64,000 nt of DNA from a virus (taxonomy: Duplodnaviria; Caudoviricetes), in the IMG/VR virus record IMGVR_UViG_3300013121_000033, positions 64,001-128,000 of that record, one strand, 5' to 3'. The notes under the pieces are model-generated. The model had not been told where the DNA came from. It made no database searches and was given only the letters and a program-made list of their open reading frames with translations. The position numbers were made by a program, and so were the translations under genes. This document shows, one piece after another, positions 46,670 to 55,910 of this stretch. Numbering within the stretch: the stretch's first letter is position 1; each line of letters opens with the position of its first letter.

Positions 46670-47101
46670 CTACTGCTTGCCGTAACGGTGCTCGACCACG
46701 TTGCTCTCCCCGAACACGGCCACGAGGCCCCGCCGGAAGAACCGCTGCCCGACCTGCCCCTTCACCCTGCGGGCGAACACCCGGGCACCCGAATCCTGGT
46801 CGATCCACGACAGAACCTTCGCAGTCTGCGGAGTGATGTACCGCTTGAGCGGGCCGTAAAGGCCGGTGCCCTGATCGACGAACGGGGCGTGGCGAGAGCG
46901 GAACCACACCCGGAACGCCGGGCGCCCTTCGGCGTCAGTGAACGGGTCGACACCTGACTCCTGTTGAAGGCCCCCGGTACGCCGCGGCGCCGCGGCGACG
47001 ATGTGGGCGTGGGTGGCGTGGCCGACGTCGTGTTGCCAGCGTGACCCGATCTCGCGGACCAGTTCGTCGCGGGCGGCGGGGTTCCGGACGACACGGGCCA
47101 T
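46670..47101 (-). CDS. HK97 gp10-like neck/tail completion protein
   Basis: APRRTGGL, APFVDQGTG, KVLSW...VFARRVKG..G.RFF. Confidence 0.75.
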   Translation of the reverse strand: MARVVRNPAARDELVREIGSRWQHDVGHATHAHIVAAAPRRTGGLQQESGVDPFTDAEGRPAFRVWFRSRHAPFVDQGTGLYGPLKRYITPQTAKVLSWIDQDSGARVFARRVKGQVGQRFFRRGLVAVFGESNVVEHRYGKQ

Positions 47102-47122
47102 CCCGACAGCGTAGATGTCGGG

Positions 47123-47368
47123 TCAGGCCGACCAGATGTCCGGGACCTCGACCTCGACCTGACCGTCAAGTTCAGGTTCAGGGTCGTCGGGGTGCCGATA
47201 GGACGCTGCCGGAACCCAATCGGGTTCGGAAACGTCGGCGGCTGTGACCTCACGAACGTAGGGGAGCATCATGTTGAACCGGCGACGGGAGATCGTCACC
47301 TTGTCGCCTTTGTCGCCCTCCGGGAACCGGAGCAACAGGACCGCATCAACCAGTTCGTCGTCGATCAC
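47123..47368 (-). CDS. Hypothetical protein
   Basis: GTGA overlap. Confidence 0.5.
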   Translation of the reverse strand: MIDDELVDAVLLLRFPEGDKGDKVTISRRRFNMMLPYVREVTAADVSEPDWVPAASYRHPDDPEPELDGQVEVEVPDIWSA

Positions 47369-47925
47369 TCGTCGTCCTCGTCGTCCTCGGTTCCAGGCTC
47401 GACGCAGCAGCTTGGAAGCTCGACGGTGAACCCGACCCGGAACCCTCCGCACCCGCCTTCGGGGTCGAGGGGGATCAGGTTGTCGAGTCCGACCTTCGCA
47501 CGCAAGTTCTTGGAGATTTCGGGGAGGCAACAGATGATCGCCGCCCACGTCCGGGCCTCGGCCTCAGCGAGACGGAGGCCGTACTCCTCACGCTTGTCCT
47601 TGGGCGGCATCCCTCCCGACTCGGTGATCGTCGGCCCGCAGATGTAGTAGGAGATCGTGACCTTCTGCGCGGAACTGACCTCAGTGCACCCCTTCTGGAA
47701 CTCGCGTTGCTCGATCGTCTGCGACCGCGGCGGCCACGTCCCCGACGTCGGCCACCGTTCGCCGTGCTCCGCAGTGATGACCCCGGTGCCGCAGCAGTCG
47801 GCCGGGGGGACCCCGACGTTCGGGTAGCCGTAGCGAATCTCCGGCAGCGCAGCGTCGTCACCGTCAGCGATCCCGTTCGCGACACAGTCAGCGAGCGTTT
47901 CCATCCAGTCCCACACGGTGAGCAT
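47365..47925 (-). CDS. Probable tail terminator
   Basis: PPADCC, P...EGGCGG motifs; tail gene context; TAGCGT-N8-ATG. Confidence 0.6.
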   Translation of the reverse strand: MLTVWDWMETLADCVANGIADGDDAALPEIRYGYPNVGVPPADCCGTGVITAEHGERWPTSGTWPPRSQTIEQREFQKGCTEVSSAQKVTISYYICGPTITESGGMPPKDKREEYGLRLAEAEARTWAAIICCLPEISKNLRAKVGLDNLIPLDPEGGCGGFRVGFTVELPSCCVEPGTEDDEDDE

Positions 47926-47979
47926 GGGGGGTGACGCTAGCGGGCGCCCTACGCAACTCCCCGGAACCCTCCACCCGTG

Positions 47980-48008
47980 TTGACGCCACCACAACACGTC
48001 GGTATGCT
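47980..48008 (+). promoter_or_regulatory. SigA-type leaderless promoter TTGACG-N17-TATGCT-N6-ATG
   Basis: Near consensus; 43/50 identical to the cassette at 62221-62270. Confidence 0.8.
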
Positions 48009-48014
48009 GGCGGC

Positions 48015-50327
48015 ATGGACAACGACATCACCCCGACCGACGAGCAGCAGGAAGCGATCGACCTGTACCGCAAGGGCGACACCATGGTCGTCGAAGCGCT
48101 CGCCGGGACCGGCAAGACCTCCACTGCGATCCTGATGTGCGAAGCGGAACCTGACCGCAAGGTCACCTACATGGCGTTCAACAAGGCGATCGTGACCGAC
48201 GTCTCCGGCGACCTCCCGTCGAACGCGACAGCGTCGACCGTGCACAGCCTCGCATTCCGGGTGACCGGCACCCGGATGCGTCACCGGCTCAACTCGCCCC
48301 GCATGCTCTCCAAGGACATCGCCCGCATGCTCGGCGTCCGGCCGATCACAGTCGACACCGGCGGCGGGTCCAAGTCGCTGTCCGACAGCTACCTCGCCTC
48401 GCTCGTCATGCGAGCACTCAAGGGGTTCGCCGCCTCGGCTGACACCGAGCCCGGACGCCACCACTTCCCCTACATCGACGGCGTCGACTTCCCCACCCCC
48501 CAGGGTCAGCGCGGCTGGCGGAACAACGACGCCATCCGAGCCGAACTGCTCCCCGCGGTTCGCAAGGCGTGGAGCGACGTCACCGACCCCCGCGGGAAGC
48601 TCACCTACGACCACGCCTACTACCTCAAGGAATGGGCGCTCGGGTCCCCCAAGATCAACTCCGACGTCGTCATGATCGACGAGCGACAGGACTTGTCCGG
48701 CGTCATGATCTCCGTCGTCACCGCACAAACCGACGCACAGGTCGTCCTCATCGGCGACAGCCAGCAGGCCATCTACTGCCAGCCGATTGGCACTTCGGTG
48801 CTCCTCGCAGGACGCCGCAAGGCTGATGCCCGGTCGACCCCGATCGAGAACCTGCGGGTTGGGGACCGAGTCGTGAGCTACGGGGTCTCGTCGTCTCATC
48901 TGCGATGGGCGGGTTCAGAGGTCACCGCCGTGCGTCGCCGCCACTACACAGGCGACCTCGTGGAAATCGAAGCAGACGGGTACCGGAGTTCCTACACAGT
49001 TGACCACCACGTCGTCGCTCGTCTGGGGCATCACAACGACAACCGTCACGTCGTCTACCTCATGCGACGGGACGGGCGATTCCGGATCGGCCGCGTCCCC
49101 TGGCGCTACACCTCGCAAGGTGGCATGTGGGGTCCGGGACACCGGGCATCCCGAGAGGGTGCCGACGGACTGTGGGTCCTCGGGATGTTCGACACACAGG
49201 CCGAGGCCGCCCTTCACGAGTCGCTGTGGTCCTACAGCTACGGGGTGCCACAGGTCTGCTTCGCCAAGCACGGCGACGTCGATCCCGCGGCCTTCTGGGC
49301 CAAGTACGATGGCGACGCCGCTGGGGCCGCCCGGCTGCTCGCCGACTTCGGCCTACTTGTTGACCACCCCCTCTGGGACCCCGCTCAGAGAGGTGTTGGG
49401 CTCCGGCGGCCGTTCGTAACCCGTGCATGCAACCTCGTGGACGGCATGATGGTCGCTGTCGCTGACCGGTTCGAATACGACGCCCACCATCGGCGATACA
49501 TGTCGTGGCCTCAGGCTTGGGTCCCGATCCAGGTCAGCCGGTCACTGTATGACGGAGACGTCGTGTCGATCTCCGTGGCCGACCATCACACCTACGTCGC
49601 CGACGGCATCGTCACTCACAACTCGTGGATGGGCGCCACGGACGCGACCGCTCACTTCCCCGACGCGCCCGTCACGAACCTGACCCAGTCGTTCCGGTTC
49701 GGTCCCGAGGTCGCAGACCAGGCGAACGTGTTCCTCTCGATGCTGACCGATCTGCGGCTCGTCGGGTCGCCGTACATGACGTCGGTCATCGGTCCGGTCG
49801 ACCGGCCTCGGGCGATCCTCACCCGAACGAACGCCAAGGCGGTCAAGATTCTGTTCACGCTGCTCAACCAGGGCGTGAAGGCTGCGATCGTCGGAGGGGC
49901 GAAGGACGTCCTCGCGTTCGCGAAGGCGGCGAAGTCGCTGATGGACACTGGGTGGACGAGCCACCCCGAACTGGCGTGCTTCTCGACGTGGATCGAGGTG
50001 CAAACCTACGTGGACGCCGACGAGATGGGCGGCGAACTCGCACTGCTGGTCAAGCTGGTCGACGAGTTCGGGGTCGACGAGATCATCGACGGGTTGGAGC
50101 GGCAGCCGAGCGAACGTCACGCCGAGACGGTCATCATCACCGCTCACCGGTCCAAGGGACTCGGATACGAGTCGGTCCTCGTCGCCGACGACTTCGTCGA
50201 CCTGACCGACCCCGAGGCGTCCGTGTCGGATGAGGAGATCAGGTTGCAGTACGTCGCCGTGACCCGGGCGAAGCAGGAACTCGACGTGTCGAACCTGCCG
50301 ATCCTCGCCGACGGGGACGACCTGTGA
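48015..50327 (+). CDS. UvrD/SF1 helicase with intein
   Basis: ALAGTGKT, TVHSLAF, IDERQD, GDSQQAIY, LTQSFRF, TAHRSKGL, YVAVTRAK. Confidence 0.92.
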   Translation: MDNDITPTDEQQEAIDLYRKGDTMVVEALAGTGKTSTAILMCEAEPDRKVTYMAFNKAIVTDVSGDLPSNATASTVHSLAFRVTGTRMRHRLNSPRMLSKDIARMLGVRPITVDTGGGSKSLSDSYLASLVMRALKGFAASADTEPGRHHFPYIDGVDFPTPQGQRGWRNNDAIRAELLPAVRKAWSDVTDPRGKLTYDHAYYLKEWALGSPKINSDVVMIDERQDLSGVMISVVTAQTDAQVVLIGDSQQAIYCQPIGTSVLLAGRRKADARSTPIENLRVGDRVVSYGVSSSHLRWAGSEVTAVRRRHYTGDLVEIEADGYRSSYTVDHHVVARLGHHNDNRHVVYLMRRDGRFRIGRVPWRYTSQGGMWGPGHRASREGADGLWVLGMFDTQAEAALHESLWSYSYGVPQVCFAKHGDVDPAAFWAKYDGDAAGAARLLADFGLLVDHPLWDPAQRGVGLRRPFVTRACNLVDGMMVAVADRFEYDAHHRRYMSWPQAWVPIQVSRSLYDGDVVSISVADHHTYVADGIVTHNSWMGATDATAHFPDAPVTNLTQSFRFGPEVADQANVFLSMLTDLRLVGSPYMTSVIGPVDRPRAILTRTNAKAVKILFTLLNQGVKAAIVGGAKDVLAFAKAAKSLMDTGWTSHPELACFSTWIEVQTYVDADEMGGELALLVKLVDEFGVDEIIDGLERQPSERHAETVIITAHRSKGLGYESVLVADDFVDLTDPEASVSDEEIRLQYVAVTRAKQELDVSNLPILADGDDL
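48777..49622 (+). mobile_element. Intein (282 aa) with a non-LAGLIDADG central domain
   Basis: QQAIY|CQPIGT...IENLRVGDRV...TVDH...YVADGIVTHN|SWMGA. Confidence 0.9.
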
Positions 50328-50605
50328 ACGTCGAGTCGGTGATCGTCCTGCTCAAGTTCTGCCGGGACCGCAACCAGCCGGTCCAGCCGGTCCTCGCCGA
50401 ACTCGCGCTCGACACGATCGAAGGTCTGCTCGACGTGCTCACCGAAGCGACAGCGGTCGCCGAGACAGCCGTCACCGCGACTCGGGCGTTGCACTCCCGT
50501 GAAGTGCACCTCCTCGCAGAGAACGCTGGCCTCCGCGCCGACCTCATCAACCTTCGAGCCGAGACGGTCGAGATGAGGGCCAAGAAACGGCGAGGTGCGA
50601 CATGA
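50324..50605 (+). CDS. Hypothetical protein
   Basis: GTGA overlap. Confidence 0.5.
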   Translation: MNVESVIVLLKFCRDRNQPVQPVLAELALDTIEGLLDVLTEATAVAETAVTATRALHSREVHLLAENAGLRADLINLRAETVEMRAKKRRGAT

Positions 50606-50832
50606 CCTGGTCGATTGTCGCGTTGCCGTTGCACGACGGCGACGAACCCGACGTCGTCGCGTTCGAACCGACAGGGGACGCACCCCTCGGTGACCGGTTC
50701 GAGGTGCGAGTCAAAGCGGTCAGCCTCGTTCTCGAACGGGCCGACGACGACCCCCGGTGGGCGTACAGCCGGGTCGAACTGCGGGACCCTGACGGCAAGG
50801 TGGCGGGCTTCATCCCAGCGAGGACACCATGA
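50602..50832 (+). CDS. Hypothetical protein
   Basis: ATGA overlap, GAGG SD. Confidence 0.55.
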   Translation: MTWSIVALPLHDGDEPDVVAFEPTGDAPLGDRFEVRVKAVSLVLERADDDPRWAYSRVELRDPDGKVAGFIPARTP

Positions 50833-50969
50833 CTCCTGAACAGTGGAATCACGCCGAGACGACCGCGAACCGGGCAGCCGCCGCGTCGTTCACCCACGAC
50901 ATCTACTGGCTGCTGCTCGCAGCGGCCGTAGTCGCGGTCGCCGTGTACCTGTGGCGCACCCGGTCCTGA
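50829..50969 (+). CDS. Small membrane protein
   Basis: ATGA overlap; single hydrophobic helix IYWLLLAAAVVAVAVYLW. Confidence 0.5.
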   Translation: MTPEQWNHAETTANRAAAASFTHDIYWLLLAAAVVAVAVYLWRTRS

Positions 50970-50980
50970 GACGCGGCGAA

Positions 50981-51011
50981 GCGGCCACGGGGGCTCGAAT
51001 CCCGTGACCGC
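50981..51011 (-). terminator. GC-rich hairpin between convergent genes
   Basis: GCGGTCACGGG-loop-CCCGTGGCCGC on the minus strand, after the major tail gene. Confidence 0.6.
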
Positions 51012-51044
51012 CCCGCCAACATGACCGACCGGGGAAGGGTCAGA

Positions 51045-51728
51045 TCAGGAGCCGGTGCCGAACGCTGCCGGGTCGCTCGACGACTCGGGCAGCGTGACGT
51101 CGGCGCCGTCGAACAGGTACGTCGTGTACCACTCGTCGCTGTCGTAGACGTCGGTCCACTTGTCGAGGTCCGTCGGCAGGGCTTCGGGGTCGAGGCCGGA
51201 GGACTTGAAGCCCTTGCCCTGGAACCCGGGCTTCACCAGGTCGGTGCCGTTGATCGTCGTGGCGCCGTTCGGCTTCCAGTTCTTGACGAGCGGGAAGAGG
51301 ACACCGAAGACCGGTGCTTCCTCGCCGCCGCCAAGCTCACACGCGTTGGCGTCCAACTGGACCAGCACCTCGACGATCACGACGGCGTTGGCGTCGAGGT
51401 CGACACGGCCGTAGCCGACCGTCGACCCGGCGCGCACCTTGGCGTTCGACCCCATGAGGAAGTTGTCGAGCGCCGGGATGATCCCGCACGTCGTGAGCGT
51501 CACCTGCGTGTTCTGAAGCTCGTCCGAGCCCACGTCGGTGTGGCACTTGCGGCCCGTGAAGTTGCGCTCGACGTTGGTGTCGCCCTCGTCGATCTGCTCT
51601 TCCCAGGTGACCTCGCTGACCTCGTTCGTCGAGAGGCGACCGGTGGCGCCCTCGTCGGGCACACCGCAGCCGGTGGCGTCGAACACCGACACCATGCCTT
51701 CGCCCTGACGGATCTTGATGCTCGCCAT
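51045..51728 (-). CDS. Major tail protein
   Basis: D..GC.P, EEQIDEG......NF.G..C, L..CG..P motifs of actinophage tail tubes; GGAGG SD; own promoter and terminator. Confidence 0.75.
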   Translation of the reverse strand: MASIKIRQGEGMVSVFDATGCGVPDEGATGRLSTNEVSEVTWEEQIDEGDTNVERNFTGRKCHTDVGSDELQNTQVTLTTCGIIPALDNFLMGSNAKVRAGSTVGYGRVDLDANAVVIVEVLVQLDANACELGGGEEAPVFGVLFPLVKNWKPNGATTINGTDLVKPGFQGKGFKSSGLDPEALPTDLDKWTDVYDSDEWYTTYLFDGADVTLPESSSDPAAFGTGS

Positions 51729-51772
51729 CGGTGACCTCCGACTCGTTGCCCTCTGTGGGCGGCTCGGCGGTC

Positions 51773-51794
51773 AGTATCAGGGGTGGACGTGTCA
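51773..51794 (-). promoter_or_regulatory. Putative late promoter TGACACGTCCACCC-NN-GATACT
   Basis: Motif copy. Confidence 0.7.
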
Positions 51795-51804
51795 GCGGCG
51801 TGTT

Positions 51805-52791
51805 TCAGCCCGCTGGGAACCAGTAGACGGCGGCGTCCGGGGCGAGAGGATCGTGGAGGCGTCGAGGTTTGCTGCGCCCGTACTGCTCGATCATCGTGTC
51901 GATGAACTGGACGCCGACCTGGCCGGGTTCCCGTTGCCGCAACTGGACCGTCACCCCGTTGTGGGACACAGAGGTGGCGTTGGTGGGCAACGCGCATTGG
52001 TCGCTGCCGTCGAGTTGCAGGTGCATCTCGCATGCGAGGCGCTTCGCTGCACGGATGAGCGGGTCGGGGGGGGGTTCGCCGACGGCGATGTGGAACCACC
52101 ACGAGTTCTCGGCGCCGAGGGGTCGGTCCATGTCTTGCAGGGGCCACGGCAGCAGCGGTGATTCGTCGCCGTCCCAACCCTTCTGTGCGATGACGAACCG
52201 TTGGCGTTCGACCCGGTAGTAGTCGGGGGAGATCACCGTCCCGTTGACGTATACGCCGAGCACGGTGACCGGGCCGCGGACATAGTTGCGCAGGTCGATC
52301 TGGTCGGCGGGGGTGCGCCAGCGGCGCGTCGCACACCGGCGTGAGTCGGTGTACGGGCGGATCAGCGCTTCGCAGACCCCGGTCCAGTAGCCGCCGGTGG
52401 CGTCGAACAGCCAGCGTGTCGCCTCTGCGGCGAGGTCATCGGCGGTGTACCCGACGTCGTCGGGGATGGTGCAGTCGAGGTCGGAGCCGGTGATCCACGG
52501 GTCGCACGGGCCGCGGCGCAGCGCGTCGGGCGGTGCGACGGTGACGTCGACATCGGTGGCGGCCGATCCGGCGTCCGTGGCCGCCGTGACCGTGACGGGG
52601 TAGCGGCCGGGAATCGGGTAGGAGTGGGTGAACTCGTCACCGGGGGAGCCGGTCGACGTGCCGGTCCCCCAGTCGACGGTGATCGTGATGTCGCCGTCGT
52701 CGGCGTCGGTGGAGGTGATCGTCCACGCGACCTGTTCGGGCAGCGTCAGCGAAGTGGCGCCGGTGACGGTCGGGGCGGTGGGGACGGCCAT
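51805..52791 (-). CDS. Head-to-tail adaptor with N-terminal PKD/Ig-like domain
   Basis: VDWG.G.......THSY..PGRYPVTVT (PKD); AT.WL...TG...G.C...RP, WP..QD, AA..LACE.......C.LP....SVS..GVT (adaptor). Confidence 0.8.
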   Translation of the reverse strand: MAVPTAPTVTGATSLTLPEQVAWTITSTDADDGDITITVDWGTGTSTGSPGDEFTHSYPIPGRYPVTVTAATDAGSAATDVDVTVAPPDALRRGPCDPWITGSDLDCTIPDDVGYTADDLAAEATRWLFDATGGYWTGVCEALIRPYTDSRRCATRRWRTPADQIDLRNYVRGPVTVLGVYVNGTVISPDYYRVERQRFVIAQKGWDGDESPLLPWPLQDMDRPLGAENSWWFHIAVGEPPPDPLIRAAKRLACEMHLQLDGSDQCALPTNATSVSHNGVTVQLRQREPGQVGVQFIDTMIEQYGRSKPRRLHDPLAPDAAVYWFPAG

Positions 52792-52798
52792 GGGGTCA

Positions 52799-52820
52799 AG
52801 TATCTACCGGGCGTGCGTCA
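52799..52820 (-). promoter_or_regulatory. Degenerate late promoter TGACGCACGCCCGG-NN-GATACT
   Basis: Same spacing; 7 nt to ATG. Confidence 0.55.
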
Positions 52821-53030
52821 GAACTCGATCCCGAGGCGATCGCACAGTTCACGGATCGCTGTGCGAGCGGCTTCGGCACGGGAGATGCGGCGGCCGCAGT
52901 CGGTGGTGAGACGGTCGGCGAGGCGGTCGAGAACGTCGGATTCGTCTTCGCTCATCGAGATCGACACGCCGACGCGTCGCTCTGACAGCGGCTTTCGAGT
53001 GCGGCGCGGTGGGGGCGGGGCCGTCATCAT
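52818..53030 (-). CDS. Ribbon-helix-helix-like DNA-binding protein
   Basis: VGVSISMSEDE...LDRLA......ISRAEAARTAI. Confidence 0.6.
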   Translation of the reverse strand: MMTAPPPPRRTRKPLSERRVGVSISMSEDESDVLDRLADRLTTDCGRRISRAEAARTAIRELCDRLGIEF

Positions 53031-53410
53031 TCGTCGTCGTCCTCGCCGAGCGCCATCCCCAAGAGCTTGTTGATGTGCAGGATGATGCCTTCGACGATGT
53101 GGAGCCACGGCTGTGCGGCGGCGACGGCCATCCACCAGATGAACCCGTAGACGAACCCGCCGCGTCGGTGGCGGCGAGTGGCGACAGTGACCGCAGCGGA
53201 GAACCAGACCCCGAGGCACCAGGGGCAGGTGATGAGGTCGAGGAACCAGCCGCGGATCGGGCCGCCTTTCTCGCACCATTCGTGGAGTGCTTCGCGTGGT
53301 TCGTCGAAGATCGTGTCCTCGATCGCCAGGCGGACGAGCCGGTAGGTGGCGCCGACGCTGAGCCCGTACAGCAGTGCTCGGTCAGCCGATGTGTTGCGTT
53401 GGGCAACCAT
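53027..53410 (-). CDS. DUF1360-like membrane protein
   Basis: ATYRLVRL..EDTIF...R, LITCPWCLGVW. Confidence 0.75.
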   Translation of the reverse strand: MVAQRNTSADRALLYGLSVGATYRLVRLAIEDTIFDEPREALHEWCEKGGPIRGWFLDLITCPWCLGVWFSAAVTVATRRHRRGGFVYGFIWWMAVAAAQPWLHIVEGIILHINKLLGMALGEDDDE

Positions 53411-53532
53411 GACGGAGGGAGGCTACCGACCGGGTTGCTGCGAGGCGCGCATCCTCGTCGAGGTTCGGACCGCCCGGCGCCACGCGCACGGCGCGGCGGG
53501 GAGGGAGAGGCGACGCGGGCAGCGCCGGACGG

Positions 53533-53922
53533 TCAGGGATTCCGCCGAACGGCGGCTTCGGTGTACCGCACGACGCCAGTGTCGTCGAGGTGGCGGTATG
53601 CGATCCACTCGGTCGTGCCGTCCTCGCCGATGTGGACAGCGACAACAGCGGGGAGGGCGGACGGGTCGGTGGCGAGGTAGTCGCCCCACTCGTCGGTGGC
53701 AGGGTGTCCCCAGGTGCGGTGCAGGACGGCGAACTCGCCAACTGCAATGTCGAGGTCGGCGAAGTAGCTGGCAGCCGTCGCCGCGGCCTCGACGGTGTCG
53801 TGGGTGTCGACCCCGGTGATGACAGACGTGGACGCGCCAACAGGGACCGCTGCGACGGCGTCGCGTCGGTCACCGGATGCGATGTAGTGCTCGATTGCCT
53901 CGACCACGTTCATGGTGTTCAT
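53533..53922 (-). CDS. Hypothetical protein
   Basis: Open frame with typical codon usage. Confidence 0.55.
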   Translation of the reverse strand: MNTMNVVEAIEHYIASGDRRDAVAAVPVGASTSVITGVDTHDTVEAAATAASYFADLDIAVGEFAVLHRTWGHPATDEWGDYLATDPSALPAVVAVHIGEDGTTEWIAYRHLDDTGVVRYTEAAVRRNP

Positions 53923-53977
53923 GATACGTCAACACCTTGTGTTAGGCAACATAACTCTGTGATGTGGAGCGGCCGCG

Positions 53978-53999
53978 TGACCGGTCCGCCCCGTACCCT
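53978..53999 (+). promoter_or_regulatory. Putative late promoter TGACCGGTCCGCCC-NN-TACCCT for the lysis cassette
   Basis: Same spacing; 7 nt to in-frame GTG 54007. Confidence 0.6.
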
Positions 54000-54006
54000 G
54001 AACACC

Positions 54007-54447
54007 GTGCTGGCGACCCATCTATCCGTCGTGATCGCCGTCGGTGACCCCGGATTCCCGGAGTGGTTGTCGTCAGGTGGGTCGCTCGCTGTTCTCATCG
54101 GGGTCGTCGGCCTGTTCCTGTCAGGAAAGATCACCACGGCCAAGGACGTCGAAGAGCGGCTAGAGCAGCACCGTCACACCTGTGACGCTGAACTGCTTGC
54201 TGCAAGCACTCGCATCGAGTTGTTGTCCAACCACCTCGCCGACGTCACCCAGGACCGGGACAAGTGGCGCGAAGCAGCGGAGGAAGCCAACCGTGCTCTC
54301 GCGATGGCTGAGTCGACGACGGAGAAGGCGCTCGAATCGGGACGGATGGCGACAGCGCTTCTGGCCGCTCTGCAAACGGCGCTCGAACGTGGGTATCCCA
54401 AGGGTGAGTCTTCCATTCGAGGAACCGGAGATGGAGCCCCAACCTGA
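54007..54447 (+). CDS. Membrane-anchored coiled-coil protein (lysis cassette)
   Basis: One TM helix then coiled coil with RDKWR. Confidence 0.65.
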   Translation: MLATHLSVVIAVGDPGFPEWLSSGGSLAVLIGVVGLFLSGKITTAKDVEERLEQHRHTCDAELLAASTRIELLSNHLADVTQDRDKWREAAEEANRALAMAESTTEKALESGRMATALLAALQTALERGYPKGESSIRGTGDGAPT

Positions 54448-54628
54448 CATGGCAGCAGCGATCACACCGGCGTTGACCGCCGACCAGGCGCTCGCCCGCG
54501 CCCGCGCCTCCAAGGAACGTCTGACGGCCTGTGTCGAAGAGGTCGACCGGGTCCACGAAGCGACGACCCGGTTGACGAAGGCCAATCACTTCGTCGAGAT
54601 GTTCGAAGCCGTTCTCGCTGGGAGGTGA
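54431..54628 (+). CDS. Small helical protein (lysis cassette)
   Basis: ANHF..MFE C-terminus; overlap. Confidence 0.55.
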   Translation: MEPQPDMAAAITPALTADQALARARASKERLTACVEEVDRVHEATTRLTKANHFVEMFEAVLAGR

Positions 54629-54635
54629 CCAAGCC

Positions 54636-54998
54636 GTGATCGGGTTCCTTGATTGCGCCGTTCGTACCGGCGGGGGCTGCGCGCCTCAGGTGTACGGGTG
54701 GATGCTCGGGGCGGTGATCGCCTACGGGCTGGCCGCGTCGGTCGCGTTCCTCGTTGCCTGGTGGGGGGCAGACCCGCGCCGACCGTTGAAGTCGTCGTCG
54801 TATCTTGAGGTGTGGCTGACCCCCACCGTGTTCTCCGTCATCTACTTCCGCCAGTTGGTTCGCATCTTGCGAGCAGACACGGGGTTGGTGCTGATCGGAT
54901 GGTGGGACACCCTGTTCCAGGTTGCTGTCGTCGTGGGGATGACCACTATCGTCACGCTCCGATGGATGAACTGGCGGCGGACGACGGGACCGTCCTGA
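54636..54998 (+). CDS. Membrane protein (3 TM)
   Basis: GGAGG SD; hydrophobic segments. Confidence 0.65.
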   Translation: MIGFLDCAVRTGGGCAPQVYGWMLGAVIAYGLAASVAFLVAWWGADPRRPLKSSSYLEVWLTPTVFSVIYFRQLVRILRADTGLVLIGWWDTLFQVAVVVGMTTIVTLRWMNWRRTTGPS

Positions 54999-55342
54999 AC
55001 GGGCTTCACCAGGTGACCGTCGGCGGGTGCACGTCGTATGGGGCGACGGTGTTGCTCGGGTTCGTGTGCACGCTCGGGTTCTTCGTCGCTCTCATCTACC
55101 TGGCCCGCCACCGGCCTCGCGGTGAAGCACTCCCCGCGTATGCGGCAGCGTTGGCGTCGCTGCTGTTCGACGCCAACGTGATCTGGCGTATCCAGTACGG
55201 CCCGGCGTCGAGGTTCGGGTCGTGGTGGCACTACGCGTCGTCGTTCGCGGCGTTCACGCTGGTGAACCTCTCAGTGGCGCTGCGTCTCTACAGGTGGCGG
55301 CTGAACCGTTTCAACTGGCCTACCGGCCCGCCGTCCGAGTAG
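54962..55342 (+). CDS. Membrane protein (3 TM), start uncertain
   Basis: Hydrophobic segments; resembles the preceding protein in layout (GGC..YG). Confidence 0.55.
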   Translation: MDELAADDGTVLNGLHQVTVGGCTSYGATVLLGFVCTLGFFVALIYLARHRPRGEALPAYAAALASLLFDANVIWRIQYGPASRFGSWWHYASSFAAFTLVNLSVALRLYRWRLNRFNWPTGPPSE

Positions 55343-55404
55343 CGGGGTCCCCCGGTTCGTGGGGGTTGCCTCGTATCCTCCGCGGTCAAGACGGAGGTGC
55401 ACAC

Positions 55405-55884
55405 ATGCTCGCTGAGACGACGGTAACGGCAGGCGCGGGGATGTTGACGGTGGCGGCAGCGACCGGCCTGGCTGCGACGGTGAAGAAGGCGTACGACTTG
55501 TCGAAGCAGGTCGCGAACCAGAACTGGCATGACGTGGTCGCGCAGCTACTCGCGTGGGGCCTCGGGGTGCTCGTGGTGTGGGCGTGGTCGAAGTCCGACA
55601 TCTACGGGGCCGCTGTGCAGTTGCCGGGTTCGGGGAACACGTTGGCGTCGGCGGACCTGTGGTCGGTCATCGTGATCGGCGTGACAGCCGGATCGACCGG
55701 TGGCGTCTTGTTCTCCGACATCCCGAAGGCGATCGACCGCACACAGACCGCAGCGATGCCGAAGCTGTTCCCCGGCGACAACGATCCGCTGGCGACAGTG
55801 CCGCCTGTCGCCCCCCCGGTCCCAGTGCAGACGGTCGGTCAGGTGGGGGTGCCCGCCCATTTCCCTCAGTGGCCCTCGGACTGA
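55405..55884 (+). CDS. Putative holin
   Basis: GGAGG SD; 2-3 TM segments; near endolysin. Confidence 0.6.
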   Translation: MLAETTVTAGAGMLTVAAATGLAATVKKAYDLSKQVANQNWHDVVAQLLAWGLGVLVVWAWSKSDIYGAAVQLPGSGNTLASADLWSVIVIGVTAGSTGGVLFSDIPKAIDRTQTAAMPKLFPGDNDPLATVPPVAPPVPVQTVGQVGVPAHFPQWPSD

Positions 55885-55910
55885 CCGGTTCGGGGGAACC
55901 GACGCCGACA

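Noticed and set aside
50975-51020. tRNA-like fragment (CTCGAATCCC...CCA), possible attP
   Set aside because: No cloverleaf and no integrase in the window; better explained as a terminator hairpin
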